Made by a program: the position numbers and the translations under genes | Assembly (NCBI GenBank): GCA_021818465.1 | Contig: JAKAEA010000001.1 | Coordinates: forward strand, 1-39,971 | Reading direction: 5' to 3' | DNA: 39,971 bases | Origin: a bacterium | GTDB taxonomy: Bacteria > Patescibacteriota > Minisyncoccia > Phycocordibacterales > JAKAEA01 | Shown here: piece by piece, positions 18,972-28,330 of the stretch | Numbering within the stretch: position 1 is the stretch's first letter | Layout of the letters: the number at the start of each line of letters is the position of its first letter | The notes under the pieces: model-generated | Seen by the model: the letters and a program-made list of their open reading frames with translations, nothing else | Told to the model about the DNA's origin: nothing | Database searches by the model: none

Positions 18972-21260
18972 ATGAAAAAAGAAAGAAAAACACGTTCTGG
19001 AAGATCCACCTCTTCAAAAGAACCGTCTATTGGCCTTCAACAAGAGACATTGCGAGTTGTGTATGCTATTGCAAGTTTTATTATCGGTATTTTTTTTATT
19101 CTTTCGGCTATCGGTAAAGCTGGAGTTGTCGGAGATAGAACCTACGCTGCCCTAGCTTTTCTTTTAGGAATTGGTTACTTCTTTTTACCTGTTTTTCTAT
19201 TCTTCACTGGTTTAATATTTTTAGGTTCGCTGCGCCGCCAACACGTTGGTTGGATACGCTTAGTGGCTTTCTTTATAAGCCTTGTCGCCTTTTTAGGAAT
19301 TATCGGCATCATATTTAAAGAAAATAAAACAGGCATAGGAGCGGGTGGTTACATTGGTTCGCTTATTGCCCACCCATTAGTACAATTATTTGATATCTGG
19401 GCCTCTCTCATTTTTCTTTTTGGTATCGCATTTATTGCTCTTATCATAACGGCCGATAGTCATTTCGGATGGCAACAGCTTTTATTCTGGAAAAAACATT
19501 CCGAGGAAGATGCAGACGATATGGAAACGGCATATATAGAAACTCCTAGCCCAGCAACTGCACCAGAAGCGCCTCTTCTTGAAAAGAAAAAACCAGAACG
19601 AGATGAAATTGAAAAAGAACCTCAGAAAATAAAACCTTCGACTAATGAACAAAAAATTACCGGCTTAGCAAAAAGCGACACGAATGATTTTGCCGTGAGC
19701 TCAAGAAAGTTTCTGGGTAAAACCTTCACCCCTCCTCCCCTTTCGCTCCTCGAGGAAGACAAGGGTAAGCCGGGCGTTGGCGACATTAAAGCAAATGCAA
19801 ACATTATTAAGCGAACACTACAGAATTTTGGCATTAATGTGGAAATGGATGAGATTTCTATCGGCCCATCGGTTACTCGTTACGCGCTCAAACCAGCCGA
19901 AGGGGTGAAGCTCTCGCGTATTGTCGGTTTGCAAAACGATTTAGCATTAGCACTCGCCGCCCACCCGCTTCGTATCGAAGCGCCAATTCCTGGTAAATCA
20001 CTGGTTGGTATTGAAATTCCTAATAGTTCGAAAACTACCGTCGGCCTCGGTACGCTACTCGCTGGCGAAGAGTTTCAAACATCCGACAAACCTCTTTTGG
20101 TTGCTCTCGGTCGCGGCATATCAGGCAAAAGCCATTTTGCCAACCTTGCTAAAATGCCTCACCTTCTGATTGCCGGCGCTACTGGTTCCGGTAAATCGGT
20201 TACTATTCACGCTATTCTTACATCACTGCTCTATCGCAGCTCCCCTGAAAACCTGAAATTCATCATGGTTGACCCAAAACGTGTTGAATTGACTCTCTAT
20301 AACAATATTCCCCACCTCTTAACACCAGTTATCACTGATCCCAAAAAAGCAATTTTGGCTCTGAAATGGGCGGCTAAAGAAATGGATCGACGATACGACA
20401 TTCTGGAAACAGAAAAAGTTCGTGACATTGAGTCCTACCACAAAAACGTTTTAGGCCCAGCCCTTAAAAAAAGTAGCGGCAAATCCACTGATCAAGAAGG
20501 ACAGCAATTGCCCGAGACCATGCCCTATACTGTGGTGGTCATTGATGAACTTGCCGACTTAATGCAAGCGTATCCACGAGAACTGGAAGCCGCTATTGTT
20601 CGTCTTGCTCAAATGAGTCGTGCTGTAGGTATTCATCTTATTATTTCCACCCAACGACCGTCCGTAAACGTCATTACCGGCCTCATTAAAGCAAACATTC
20701 CTTCGCGCATAGCTCTCCAAGTAACCTCGCAAATTGATTCGCGAACTATTCTCGACACTGGTGGCGCTGAAAAACTACTCGGCGCCGGCGATATGCTCTA
20801 CATGTCAGGTGAAATGGCTAAACCGCAGCGTATTCAATCAGCTTTTATTTCTGAAAAAGAGCTTAAAGACGTGGTTGGCTATTTTATTGATACCTACAAC
20901 GACATACCGCCATCAGAAATTAATTTCTCCGAATCAGCAGCCGACAAAAATGCTATTTTTGACGCAACTTTTGGTACTGAAGATGCAGACGATAGCGATC
21001 CGCTCTATGAAGAAGCTCGCGAATCAGTTATCCAAGCTGGTAAAGCTTCAACATCCTATCTACAAAGAAAATTACGCATTGGGTATGCCCGCGCCGCTCG
21101 ACTCATTGATATTTTAGAGGAACATGGCGTTATTGGCCCTGGAGAAGGCGCTAAACCGCGAGAAATTCTTGGCGGTGGAGGTAGTGTGAGTGCACACGTA
21201 ACAGAGGCACCTGAAAACGATGAGGTGTCAAATGAAAATCATGCTACTATGACACCGTAA
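18972..21260 (+). CDS. ftsK: DNA translocase FtsK/SpoIIIE
   Basis: 762 aa with N-terminal TM helices and an acidic/Pro linker. The motor has Walker A GATGSGKSV, Walker B VVVIDELADLM and ISTQRPSVNVITG. The gamma wHTH is ASTSYLQRKLRIGYARAARLIDILEEHGVIGP. Confidence 0.93.
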   Translation: MKKERKTRSGRSTSSKEPSIGLQQETLRVVYAIASFIIGIFFILSAIGKAGVVGDRTYAALAFLLGIGYFFLPVFLFFTGLIFLGSLRRQHVGWIRLVAFFISLVAFLGIIGIIFKENKTGIGAGGYIGSLIAHPLVQLFDIWASLIFLFGIAFIALIITADSHFGWQQLLFWKKHSEEDADDMETAYIETPSPATAPEAPLLEKKKPERDEIEKEPQKIKPSTNEQKITGLAKSDTNDFAVSSRKFLGKTFTPPPLSLLEEDKGKPGVGDIKANANIIKRTLQNFGINVEMDEISIGPSVTRYALKPAEGVKLSRIVGLQNDLALALAAHPLRIEAPIPGKSLVGIEIPNSSKTTVGLGTLLAGEEFQTSDKPLLVALGRGISGKSHFANLAKMPHLLIAGATGSGKSVTIHAILTSLLYRSSPENLKFIMVDPKRVELTLYNNIPHLLTPVITDPKKAILALKWAAKEMDRRYDILETEKVRDIESYHKNVLGPALKKSSGKSTDQEGQQLPETMPYTVVVIDELADLMQAYPRELEAAIVRLAQMSRAVGIHLIISTQRPSVNVITGLIKANIPSRIALQVTSQIDSRTILDTGGAEKLLGAGDMLYMSGEMAKPQRIQSAFISEKELKDVVGYFIDTYNDIPPSEINFSESAADKNAIFDATFGTEDADDSDPLYEEARESVIQAGKASTSYLQRKLRIGYARAARLIDILEEHGVIGPGEGAKPREILGGGGSVSAHVTEAPENDEVSNENHATMTP

Positions 21261-21278
21261 ACTTGGAATCCAGAAAAT

Positions 21279-21641
21279 ATGGTTACCTCTCCCCATAAAA
21301 AAAATCTACTTATAGGCATTAGTATAGTTTTTTTTGCCATAGTCATCGTTGGTTATGGTTTGTTTCAGGCAAGAAATCTTCTTATGGGACCGCAAATTTA
21401 TCTCGCGAGTCCCCAAAATGGAGCGACCATTACACATTCGCCCCTTGTAACTATAGCCGGTAAAGCTAGCAATATCTCCTTTATTAGCTTAAATGATCGT
21501 CCAATTTTTGTTAATGAACAGGGTGATTTTAACGAGCAACTATTACTCTCCCCTGGTTACAACACGTGGACGATTATGGCAAAGGATACATTTGGTCGTA
21601 CCATTACTAAAAGTTTTAGTTTGATCTTTAATAAAACTTGA
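21279..21641 (+). CDS. hypothetical membrane-anchored small protein (Ig-like beta domain?)
   Basis: 120-aa ORF, 18 nt after ftsK. It has an N-terminal TM (LLIGISIVFFAIVIVGYGLF) followed by a ~85-aa beta-rich domain. Confidence 0.5.
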   Translation: MVTSPHKKNLLIGISIVFFAIVIVGYGLFQARNLLMGPQIYLASPQNGATITHSPLVTIAGKASNISFISLNDRPIFVNEQGDFNEQLLLSPGYNTWTIMAKDTFGRTITKSFSLIFNKT

Positions 21642-21712
21642 GAAAAAATTGATAGGAATTTTACCATCACTGCAGTAGCATCAATCAAAGACTTTATTAA
21701 AAAAATAACACT

Positions 21713-22789
21713 ATGCCCAAAATCACTAAAAAAGATACTCGCGAGCAGTCCGAAACCAAAGGCGCCGGCGCAAAAATTTCAGCCGTTGCAATCAGTCAGG
21801 CCATTGATCAAATTAAAACGAAATTTGGCGATGAAGCCATCATGACACTTGGTGCTAAACCCAAAGTTAATATTGATGCCATTCCTACGGGTTCTATTGG
21901 CCTTGATGCAGCACTCGGTATCGGTGGTTTACCCCGAGGTAGAATTGTTGAGATTTTCGGTCCAGAATCTTCTGGAAAGACGACGCTTGCTTTACACGTT
22001 ATTGCCGAAGCTCAAAAAACAGGTGGTATCTGCGCCTACATTGACGCTGAACACGCCATGGATCCCGAATATGCCGCAAAACTCGGCGTGAAGACTAACG
22101 ATCTTCTCATTTCCCAACCCGACACCGGTGAACAGGGTTTAGAAATTGCTGAAAGTTTAGTACGAACCGGCAAACTTGACGTTGTTGTTATTGATTCCGT
22201 TGCCGCCCTCACTCCCAAAGATGAAATAGAAGGTGAAATGGGTGCTCTCCACGTTGGTAAACAAGCCCGCCTCATGTCACAAGCCTTGCGCAAACTCACC
22301 GGCATTGTTGCCAAATCAAAAACTATTGTCATTTTTATCAATCAAATTCGTATGCAAATCGGTGTTATGTTTGGCAACCCAGAAACAACGCCAGGTGGTA
22401 AAGCTCTGAAATTCTATTCCTCGGTGCGTATGGATATTCGCCGCATCGCTCAAATTAAAAAAGGTGACGAAGTAGTTGGCGGTCGTGTTCGCGTAAAAGT
22501 GGTCAAAAATAAAGTGGCAGCACCTTTCCGCCAAACAGAATTCGACCTCATCTATAATGAGGGCATTTCTAAAGAAGGTGAGATTCTGGCACTTGGTGAA
22601 AAAATGGGTTTTATCAAAAAAAGCGGCTCGTCTTATGAATACGGCGAGACCAAGCTTGGCCGAGGCTACGACGCTAGCAGAACTTTTCTGCGTGAGAATC
22701 CAACACTAGAAGAAGAAATTCTCACGAAAATTCGTGAAAATCTTAAAACGGATGCGTCAGTAGCTGTGCGCAGTGGTAGCGACGAATAA
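21713..22789 (+). CDS. recA: recombinase RecA
   Basis: 358 aa with Walker [14 protein letters not shown], Walker [11 protein letters not shown] and L2 region [26 protein letters not shown]. Confidence 0.97.
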   Translation: MPKITKKDTREQSETKGAGAKISAVAISQAIDQIKTKFGDEAIMTLGAKPKVNIDAIPTGSIGLDAALGIGGLPRGRIVEIFGPESSGKTTLALHVIAEAQKTGGICAYIDAEHAMDPEYAAKLGVKTNDLLISQPDTGEQGLEIAESLVRTGKLDVVVIDSVAALTPKDEIEGEMGALHVGKQARLMSQALRKLTGIVAKSKTIVIFINQIRMQIGVMFGNPETTPGGKALKFYSSVRMDIRRIAQIKKGDEVVGGRVRVKVVKNKVAAPFRQTEFDLIYNEGISKEGEILALGEKMGFIKKSGSSYEYGETKLGRGYDASRTFLRENPTLEEEILTKIRENLKTDASVAVRSGSDE

Positions 22790-22839
22790 TCATTCTAAAA
22801 GTTGCCTTTTTATTAAAAGTCTCGTAGACTCTTCCTACT

Positions 22840-23418
22840 ATGCTTGAATACAACGAAATCACCCTTCGCAAGTTTATTATTTACGAAAATGAACCGTACG
22901 AAGTTATTGACTCGCACGTTTTTCGCAAACAACAACGCAAGCCAGTTAATGCCACCAAGTTGCGCAATCTTATTACTGGCAACATAAAAGAAATTTCTTT
23001 CCATCAATCAGAAAAAGTTGATGAAGCAGAAATTGATAAGAAAGAAATAAAATATTTATACTCTCACCGTGGCGAACACTGGTTTTGCGATGCTAAAGAC
23101 CCATCTAAACGTTTTACTATTAGCGAAGCGCTCGTTGGTTCTAAAGTGCGCTTTTTAAAACCGAATACCATTGCTACCGCTCTCATGTTTGGTAAAAAAA
23201 TGCTCGGCGTAGAAATCCCTATTAAGGTTGACCTTAAGGTAGTGGAAGCACCGCCAGCTGTTAAGGGTGATACTGCTAAGGGTGGTTCAAAACAAATTAA
23301 ACTGGAAAACGGCACGATGATAAACGCCCCTCTATTTATTGAAGAAGGTGAAGTGATTAGGATAAATACAGAAACCGGAGAATATGTTGAACGCGCCGCA
23401 AACGGTAAAGCGTTCTAA
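22840..23418 (+). CDS. efp: translation elongation factor P
   Basis: 192 aa with the three-domain EF-P pattern: YEVIDSHVF..ATKLRNLITG, then EIKYLY..GEHWFCD, then GDTAKGGSKQIKLENG..INAPLFIEEGEVIRINT. Confidence 0.88.
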   Translation: MLEYNEITLRKFIIYENEPYEVIDSHVFRKQQRKPVNATKLRNLITGNIKEISFHQSEKVDEAEIDKKEIKYLYSHRGEHWFCDAKDPSKRFTISEALVGSKVRFLKPNTIATALMFGKKMLGVEIPIKVDLKVVEAPPAVKGDTAKGGSKQIKLENGTMINAPLFIEEGEVIRINTETGEYVERAANGKAF

Positions 23419-23427
23419 TCCTGCATT

Positions 23428-23634
23428 CTAACGAGAAACGTAAGGCAATAAACCAAGAAAACGAGCGTACTTAACCGCCGTGCTTAATTTACGCTGATCT
23501 TTAGCACTCATACCAGTACGGCTGGCAGCAAGAATGCGGCCGTGCGGATTCAAAAACTTCTTGAGAAGCTCAATATCTTTATAATCAACGTGTTTAATGT
23601 TATTTTGGGAAAAATAAGATTGTTTTTTTGACAT
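23428..23634 (-). CDS. rpsR: 30S ribosomal protein S18
   Basis: 68 aa with [49 protein letters not shown]. Confidence 0.93.
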   Translation of the reverse strand: MSKKQSYFSQNNIKHVDYKDIELLKKFLNPHGRILAASRTGMSAKDQRKLSTAVKYARFLGLLPYVSR

Positions 23635-23637
23635 ACA

Positions 23638-24120
23638 TTAAAATGGAATATCGTCGGGATTAATTTCTTCTGATGGGTACTCAATAGTATCAGCTCCGAT
23701 TGGTTTGTCAACAGAGGCCGCGTCAGACGCACCTTGACCCGCACTGCTAGCGGCACTCGCCTCGCCTCCACGATTACCAGTGGTCCCACCACCCATGCGC
23801 GGTCCAAATTGCACACGATCAGCAACAATTTCCGTACGATATTTCTTTTGGCCGTCTTGAGCGTCCCACGAGCGGGTTTGAATGCGACCTTCTACAAGCA
23901 CCGACGAACCTTTTTTAAGATACTGCGAAACTGTTTCAGCCTGTCGACCAAACACTACAATATTATGAAAGTCGGTCGCTTCCTGACGAGCACCGTTTTT
24001 ATCTTTAAAAACACGATTCGTGGCAACACTGAAACTAGCGACACCAATTCCAGAGGGCAATGAACGAAGTTCTGGATCGCGCGTTAGGTTGCCAATTATA
24101 AACGCTTTATTGAGATACAT
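23638..24120 (-). CDS. ssb: single-stranded DNA-binding protein
   Basis: 160 aa with an OB fold starting MYLNKAFIIGNLTRDPELR, a Gly-rich tail and the acidic tip DDIPF. It lies between rpsF and rpsR, the conserved operon arrangement. Confidence 0.93.
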   Translation of the reverse strand: MYLNKAFIIGNLTRDPELRSLPSGIGVASFSVATNRVFKDKNGARQEATDFHNIVVFGRQAETVSQYLKKGSSVLVEGRIQTRSWDAQDGQKKYRTEIVADRVQFGPRMGGGTTGNRGGEASAASSAGQGASDAASVDKPIGADTIEYPSEEINPDDIPF

Positions 24121-24178
24121 AGGTGAACAAAATTATAAATAATACGAACCAAGGAGCGGATTAACGGCTTTGCAGCGC

Positions 24179-24676
24179 TTACACAACAAGACTTTCAAGT
24201 GTCTTTTCAAGTTCAGCTTCATTAATGGGCTGTTTTTCGGTCTCATGAGAAGTTTCTGTTGCATCAATTCTTGGTGCAGGACTGGTGGCGACAACAGTTT
24301 TTAAGCTTACTCGAGGTGAAGACTGGGCTTCGTCCTTAACTGTTTTGATAATCATAAAACGCAAAAAGTGTTCATATGCGTCACATTCTCGTTTTAGAAA
24401 TTCCGCAGCCGCAGCTTGACCTTGAAACTTAACCCAACCAAAATAAGCCTTGTCAAACTTTTTTTTCTGACCAGATACGCCGTGAACCATTTGATACATC
24501 AGAGAAATGAGCTTGGGAGAATCTTCGGAAATGACTTCAACGTCGGCTTTTTTAAGCATATCCTTAATCACCTTCACTTCAGCGGGAATCTGCTCCTCTG
24601 TTAGTGTTGGAACTAAAAGATACCCGAGCTCATATATTTTTTTGCCGTTAGTGTCGGACATTTGTTCGGTTGCCAT
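24179..24676 (-). CDS. rpsF: 30S ribosomal protein S6 (with C-terminal extension)
   Basis: KIYELGYLLVPTLTEEQIPAEVKVIKDMLKK and YFGWVKFQG fit S6. The ORF extends upstream to 24715 (MHLQAACG...). The ATG at 24676 (MATEQ...) is the more plausible start. Confidence 0.8.
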   Translation of the reverse strand: MATEQMSDTNGKKIYELGYLLVPTLTEEQIPAEVKVIKDMLKKADVEVISEDSPKLISLMYQMVHGVSGQKKKFDKAYFGWVKFQGQAAAAEFLKRECDAYEHFLRFMIIKTVKDEAQSSPRVSLKTVVATSPAPRIDATETSHETEKQPINEAELEKTLESLVV

Positions 24677-24763
24677 AGTAGCCACAAGGGTACCACAAGC
24701 GGCTTGCAAGTGCAACCATGCACACTAGCCTAACACCAGCATTTCGACTATAGCAGACGGGTG

Positions 24764-25558
24764 TTAAAATTCCGCTGCATTTTTTCTCAAAAAAAGTTCA
24801 AAAGCATTTTTAACCAGAATTTTTGCCACACTGTCAATATCACTGCCTTTTATAGTGGCAATTTTTCGGGCAATTTCTTCCACATACAGTGGAGTATTGC
24901 GTTTGCCCCGATGGCTATGTGGGGCCGCATACGGCGAATCGGTTTCAATCATCATCCGCTCAAGTGGCACATACGCTACCGTTTCATCGTATTGATTAGT
25001 AAACGTAATCGGACCTGTAAACGAAATATAAAATCCCAAATCCAAGCACTTTTTAGCAATGTCTGGCGAAGAAGTAAAAAAATGAAAATCTCCTCGTACG
25101 CGCTCCCCCACTTCCCGCTTTTTTGCATTTAAAATATCTAGCACATCGGGATAGGCATCACGACAATGAATAATGAGCGGCTTGTTCGTGGTACTGGCAA
25201 GATCAACGTGCTCTTCAAAAATCTGCCGCTGTCGTTTCTTATCTTCCGCCGTAAGCGTTCGACTATAATCCAAGCCGCATTCGCCAATAGCAACAACTTT
25301 TTTTTCTTCAGCGAGTGTACCTAGCCCATCCACCGATTCACGGGCATCGAGTGGATGTATACCAACTGCCGCAAAAAAATGTGAGTGTTTTTCGGCAAGT
25401 ATAAGAGCTTGACGTGACGTAGCTACAGTAGTTCCAACAGTAATCGTCGCTATTTTCTGGTTAGCCATTTCAGCGATAATGGCCTCCCTGTCAGCATCAA
25501 ATTGCGGAAAATTGAGATGCGAGTGTACGTCAAAATAGCGAATTTCTTCTGGCTTCAT
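24764..25558 (-). CDS. tatD: TatD-family metal-dependent hydrolase/DNase
   Basis: 264 aa with DVHSHLNF, GECGLDY, IHCRDA, DFHFFTSS and ETDSPY. Confidence 0.9.
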   Translation of the reverse strand: MKPEEIRYFDVHSHLNFPQFDADREAIIAEMANQKIATITVGTTVATSRQALILAEKHSHFFAAVGIHPLDARESVDGLGTLAEEKKVVAIGECGLDYSRTLTAEDKKRQRQIFEEHVDLASTTNKPLIIHCRDAYPDVLDILNAKKREVGERVRGDFHFFTSSPDIAKKCLDLGFYISFTGPITFTNQYDETVAYVPLERMMIETDSPYAAPHSHRGKRNTPLYVEEIARKIATIKGSDIDSVAKILVKNAFELFLRKNAAEF

Positions 25559-25564
25559 GGCGAT

Positions 25565-27055
25565 TTATTCCTTCCGCGGGAACAGTGGCGCTTGAGGCAT
25601 CGTATTCTCACGCACCAGTGTTTTAATTTTCTCAGCGGTCTCCGGCATAATTGGCTTAAGCATGTGCCCAATTTTATATAATTGCCCCAAAAGAAGCTCA
25701 ATAATTTTCTTTGCCTTCTCAAAATCGGTTTTAATAAGCACAAACGGCTGCTCTTTTTGGATTAACTCATCAGCAAAACGTATATGCTGCCAAATTTCCG
25801 CGCAGGCTTTATTTAATTCATATCGATCAAACGCGTCAAAATATTCTTTCTCGCCAGCTAAAGCCTCAAAAAAGCGCTGCTTCGGCTCAACTAAAATGAC
25901 ATTGTTTACTGTCGCCATTTTCATTACTCGACTTACTAAATTGCCCAAACCATTGGCAAGCTGCGCATTGTAAGCGGTTTTAAAAAGTTCGAGAGAAAAC
26001 GGACTGTCTTCAAAAGAACTTAGCTCCGCCAACACGTAGTATCGTAGAGCATCGACGCCATATTCAGTGATAATATCGAATGGACTAATGGTATTGCCGA
26101 GCGACTTAGACATTTTTATACCACCGACGCCGGTAACAAAACCATCGACAACGATGTGATCACTTGTTTTCAAACCAGCCGCCAGCAACATAGCTTGCCA
26201 AATAGCCGCCTGTTGTCGAAGATTATCCTTACCGCAATACTGTACTTTTATACTGTCTTCACTCTGCCAAAATTTTTGAAAATCACTATTATCAGGCCAA
26301 CCGAGAGCGGAAATATAACTAACAAGCGCTTCGAACCATACGTACATAACATGCTCCGCATCGTCAGGAACCTCTACACCCCATGGCATTTTCGACTTCA
26401 ACCGCGAAATACTAAAATCTTTCAGGCCTCGCTCGACAAAAGCTTTCACTTCAACGGTTCGCATCACATCGAGCGCAAATTGTGGAGTCCGCGGCGCATA
26501 CAATGCAAGCAGTTTTTCTCGTATTCTCTCATCTGAAAATTTGAAAAAATAATTTTCTTCATCAATAATTTCTATTTTAAGATTAGGATGGAGTACACAA
26601 TGACCATTAACGAGCTCCGAGTCTGTTTTTTCCAGTTCGCAACCTACACAATATTTTATTTGATGTTTTTTCAGCTCAATGAAGCCATTTTTCTTACAGA
26701 GTAGCCAAAACTTTTTTGCAGCTTCACTATGGTGCGGATCGGTCGTTCGCGTAAAGTGAACGGGAAAAATTTCTCGATCCCCCGTGCGGCCGATATTCAA
26801 AACACTGACTAAATCTTTAAATTTCTGCACATGTGGCTTGATATATGCTTCCGGTGTCTGACCAGCTTTTTGGGCATTCTGATAAATTTTTAGACCGTGC
26901 TCGTCGGTACCGGTATGAAAAAACACATCATACCCCTGAGCTTTCCGAAAACGTGCTATCGTGTCGGCACGAATAATTTCTACAGCAAAACCGATATGCG
27001 GCTCGGCATTGACGTAGGGCAATGTGGTAGTGATATACAATGATTTTTTTGACAT
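25565..27055 (-). CDS. metG: methionyl-tRNA synthetase (short form, no C-terminal tRNA-binding domain)
   Basis: 496 aa with the HIGH-type motif YVNAEPHIGF, an exact KMSKS (IKMSKSLGN) and the knuckle CVGCELEKTDSELVNGHCVLH. Confidence 0.93.
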   Translation of the reverse strand: MSKKSLYITTTLPYVNAEPHIGFAVEIIRADTIARFRKAQGYDVFFHTGTDEHGLKIYQNAQKAGQTPEAYIKPHVQKFKDLVSVLNIGRTGDREIFPVHFTRTTDPHHSEAAKKFWLLCKKNGFIELKKHQIKYCVGCELEKTDSELVNGHCVLHPNLKIEIIDEENYFFKFSDERIREKLLALYAPRTPQFALDVMRTVEVKAFVERGLKDFSISRLKSKMPWGVEVPDDAEHVMYVWFEALVSYISALGWPDNSDFQKFWQSEDSIKVQYCGKDNLRQQAAIWQAMLLAAGLKTSDHIVVDGFVTGVGGIKMSKSLGNTISPFDIITEYGVDALRYYVLAELSSFEDSPFSLELFKTAYNAQLANGLGNLVSRVMKMATVNNVILVEPKQRFFEALAGEKEYFDAFDRYELNKACAEIWQHIRFADELIQKEQPFVLIKTDFEKAKKIIELLLGQLYKIGHMLKPIMPETAEKIKTLVRENTMPQAPLFPRKE

Positions 27056-27058
27056 AGG

Positions 27059-28330
27059 TTATGCCAACTGAACACGTTCACGTAGCGTGGCGTCATCCGG
27101 CAATGGTCCAACGCCCGCGAAATTGAGTTTGGTATCAACAAAAAGATCTTGGGCCACGCGGCGCACATCGGCGGCAGTAACTTTCTTAATTTCAGCGATA
27201 AGCTGTTCGGGTTTTTTGAGTGGTCGTCGCAATACTTCTTGATGACCGTAAAATTCAGCGATACGATCGGACCCTTCTAAATCCAAGAGAAGCGCCCCAG
27301 CGAGATGCTGTTTAGTTTTTGCTAATTCTTCAGCGCCCACCAAATCAGTTTTTAGTTTTTTAAACTCAGCTAAAATTGCATCGAGCGCCTCCCCCACGCG
27401 TTTCGTATCACACCCCAGCGATACAGCAAGAATGCCGTGATCGGTGAGTGCATCGTAGCCAGCGCGGACGTAATAGCCAATACCCATTTCTTCGCGCAAG
27501 CGTAAAAAGAGTCGCGAGCTCATACCACTTCCCAAAAGGGCGGTGAGCACTTCAGCAGCCACTTGGCGTTTGTGTCCAGCCTTATATGCCCGTACACCAA
27601 TAACAATATGACTTTGGTCGGTAGGTCGACGCTCAACGACAATCGCCGGCGCCTTTTGTACTTCTGTAACCGGCACTTTCGCGCCTTTTTTAGCGCGCCG
27701 AACTGTTCCAAAAATCTTTGTGAGCTGTTTAAGCACCACTCGTTCTGAAAAGCCACCGGCAACAATAATTGTGGTCGCCGGCGCAACATAGTGTTCGGTA
27801 CGATAGTGTAAAAAATCATCGCGGCCAAATGAACGAACAGTTTCCTTGGTGCCCGCAATACTCCAACCCGCTGGCTGATCGTCATAGAGCACTTTCATAA
27901 ACAATTCCTGCACGTGCCGCTGCGGCATATCGTGGTACATATTAATTTCTTCTACAATAACCCCTTTTTCTTTTTCAATTTCAGCAGCAGGAAAAGTGGA
28001 GTTGAGATAAATATCGCTCACCACATCAAGCAGAAGAGGTACATGCTCCTTTGCTGCTTTGGCCCAGTAGCCGGTAAATTCCTCTGACGTAAAAGCATTG
28101 TACTGTGCTCCAAGCGCATCAAGTTCGTGACTAATATCTTTAGCCGTTGGTCGCTTCAGTGTACCTTTAAAACACATATGTTCCAGAAAATGAGAGAGGC
28201 CGTTTGTTGTATGATTCTCATACTTTGAACCCGCCTCAACCATCGCTAACACGGTTGCTGTCGGTGCTCCGGTTATTGGCACCGTAATGATTCGTAAGCC
28301 GTTAGGCAAAACTGTTCGTTTAAATGTCAT
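27059..28330 (-). CDS. M16-family (insulinase/pitrilysin-like) zinc peptidase
   Basis: 423 aa with the inverted zinc motif HxxEH in GLSHFLEHMCFKGT. The start overlaps the glyQS stop by 4 nt (ATGA). Confidence 0.88.
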   Translation of the reverse strand: MTFKRTVLPNGLRIITVPITGAPTATVLAMVEAGSKYENHTTNGLSHFLEHMCFKGTLKRPTAKDISHELDALGAQYNAFTSEEFTGYWAKAAKEHVPLLLDVVSDIYLNSTFPAAEIEKEKGVIVEEINMYHDMPQRHVQELFMKVLYDDQPAGWSIAGTKETVRSFGRDDFLHYRTEHYVAPATTIIVAGGFSERVVLKQLTKIFGTVRRAKKGAKVPVTEVQKAPAIVVERRPTDQSHIVIGVRAYKAGHKRQVAAEVLTALLGSGMSSRLFLRLREEMGIGYYVRAGYDALTDHGILAVSLGCDTKRVGEALDAILAEFKKLKTDLVGAEELAKTKQHLAGALLLDLEGSDRIAEFYGHQEVLRRPLKKPEQLIAEIKKVTAADVRRVAQDLFVDTKLNFAGVGPLPDDATLRERVQLA

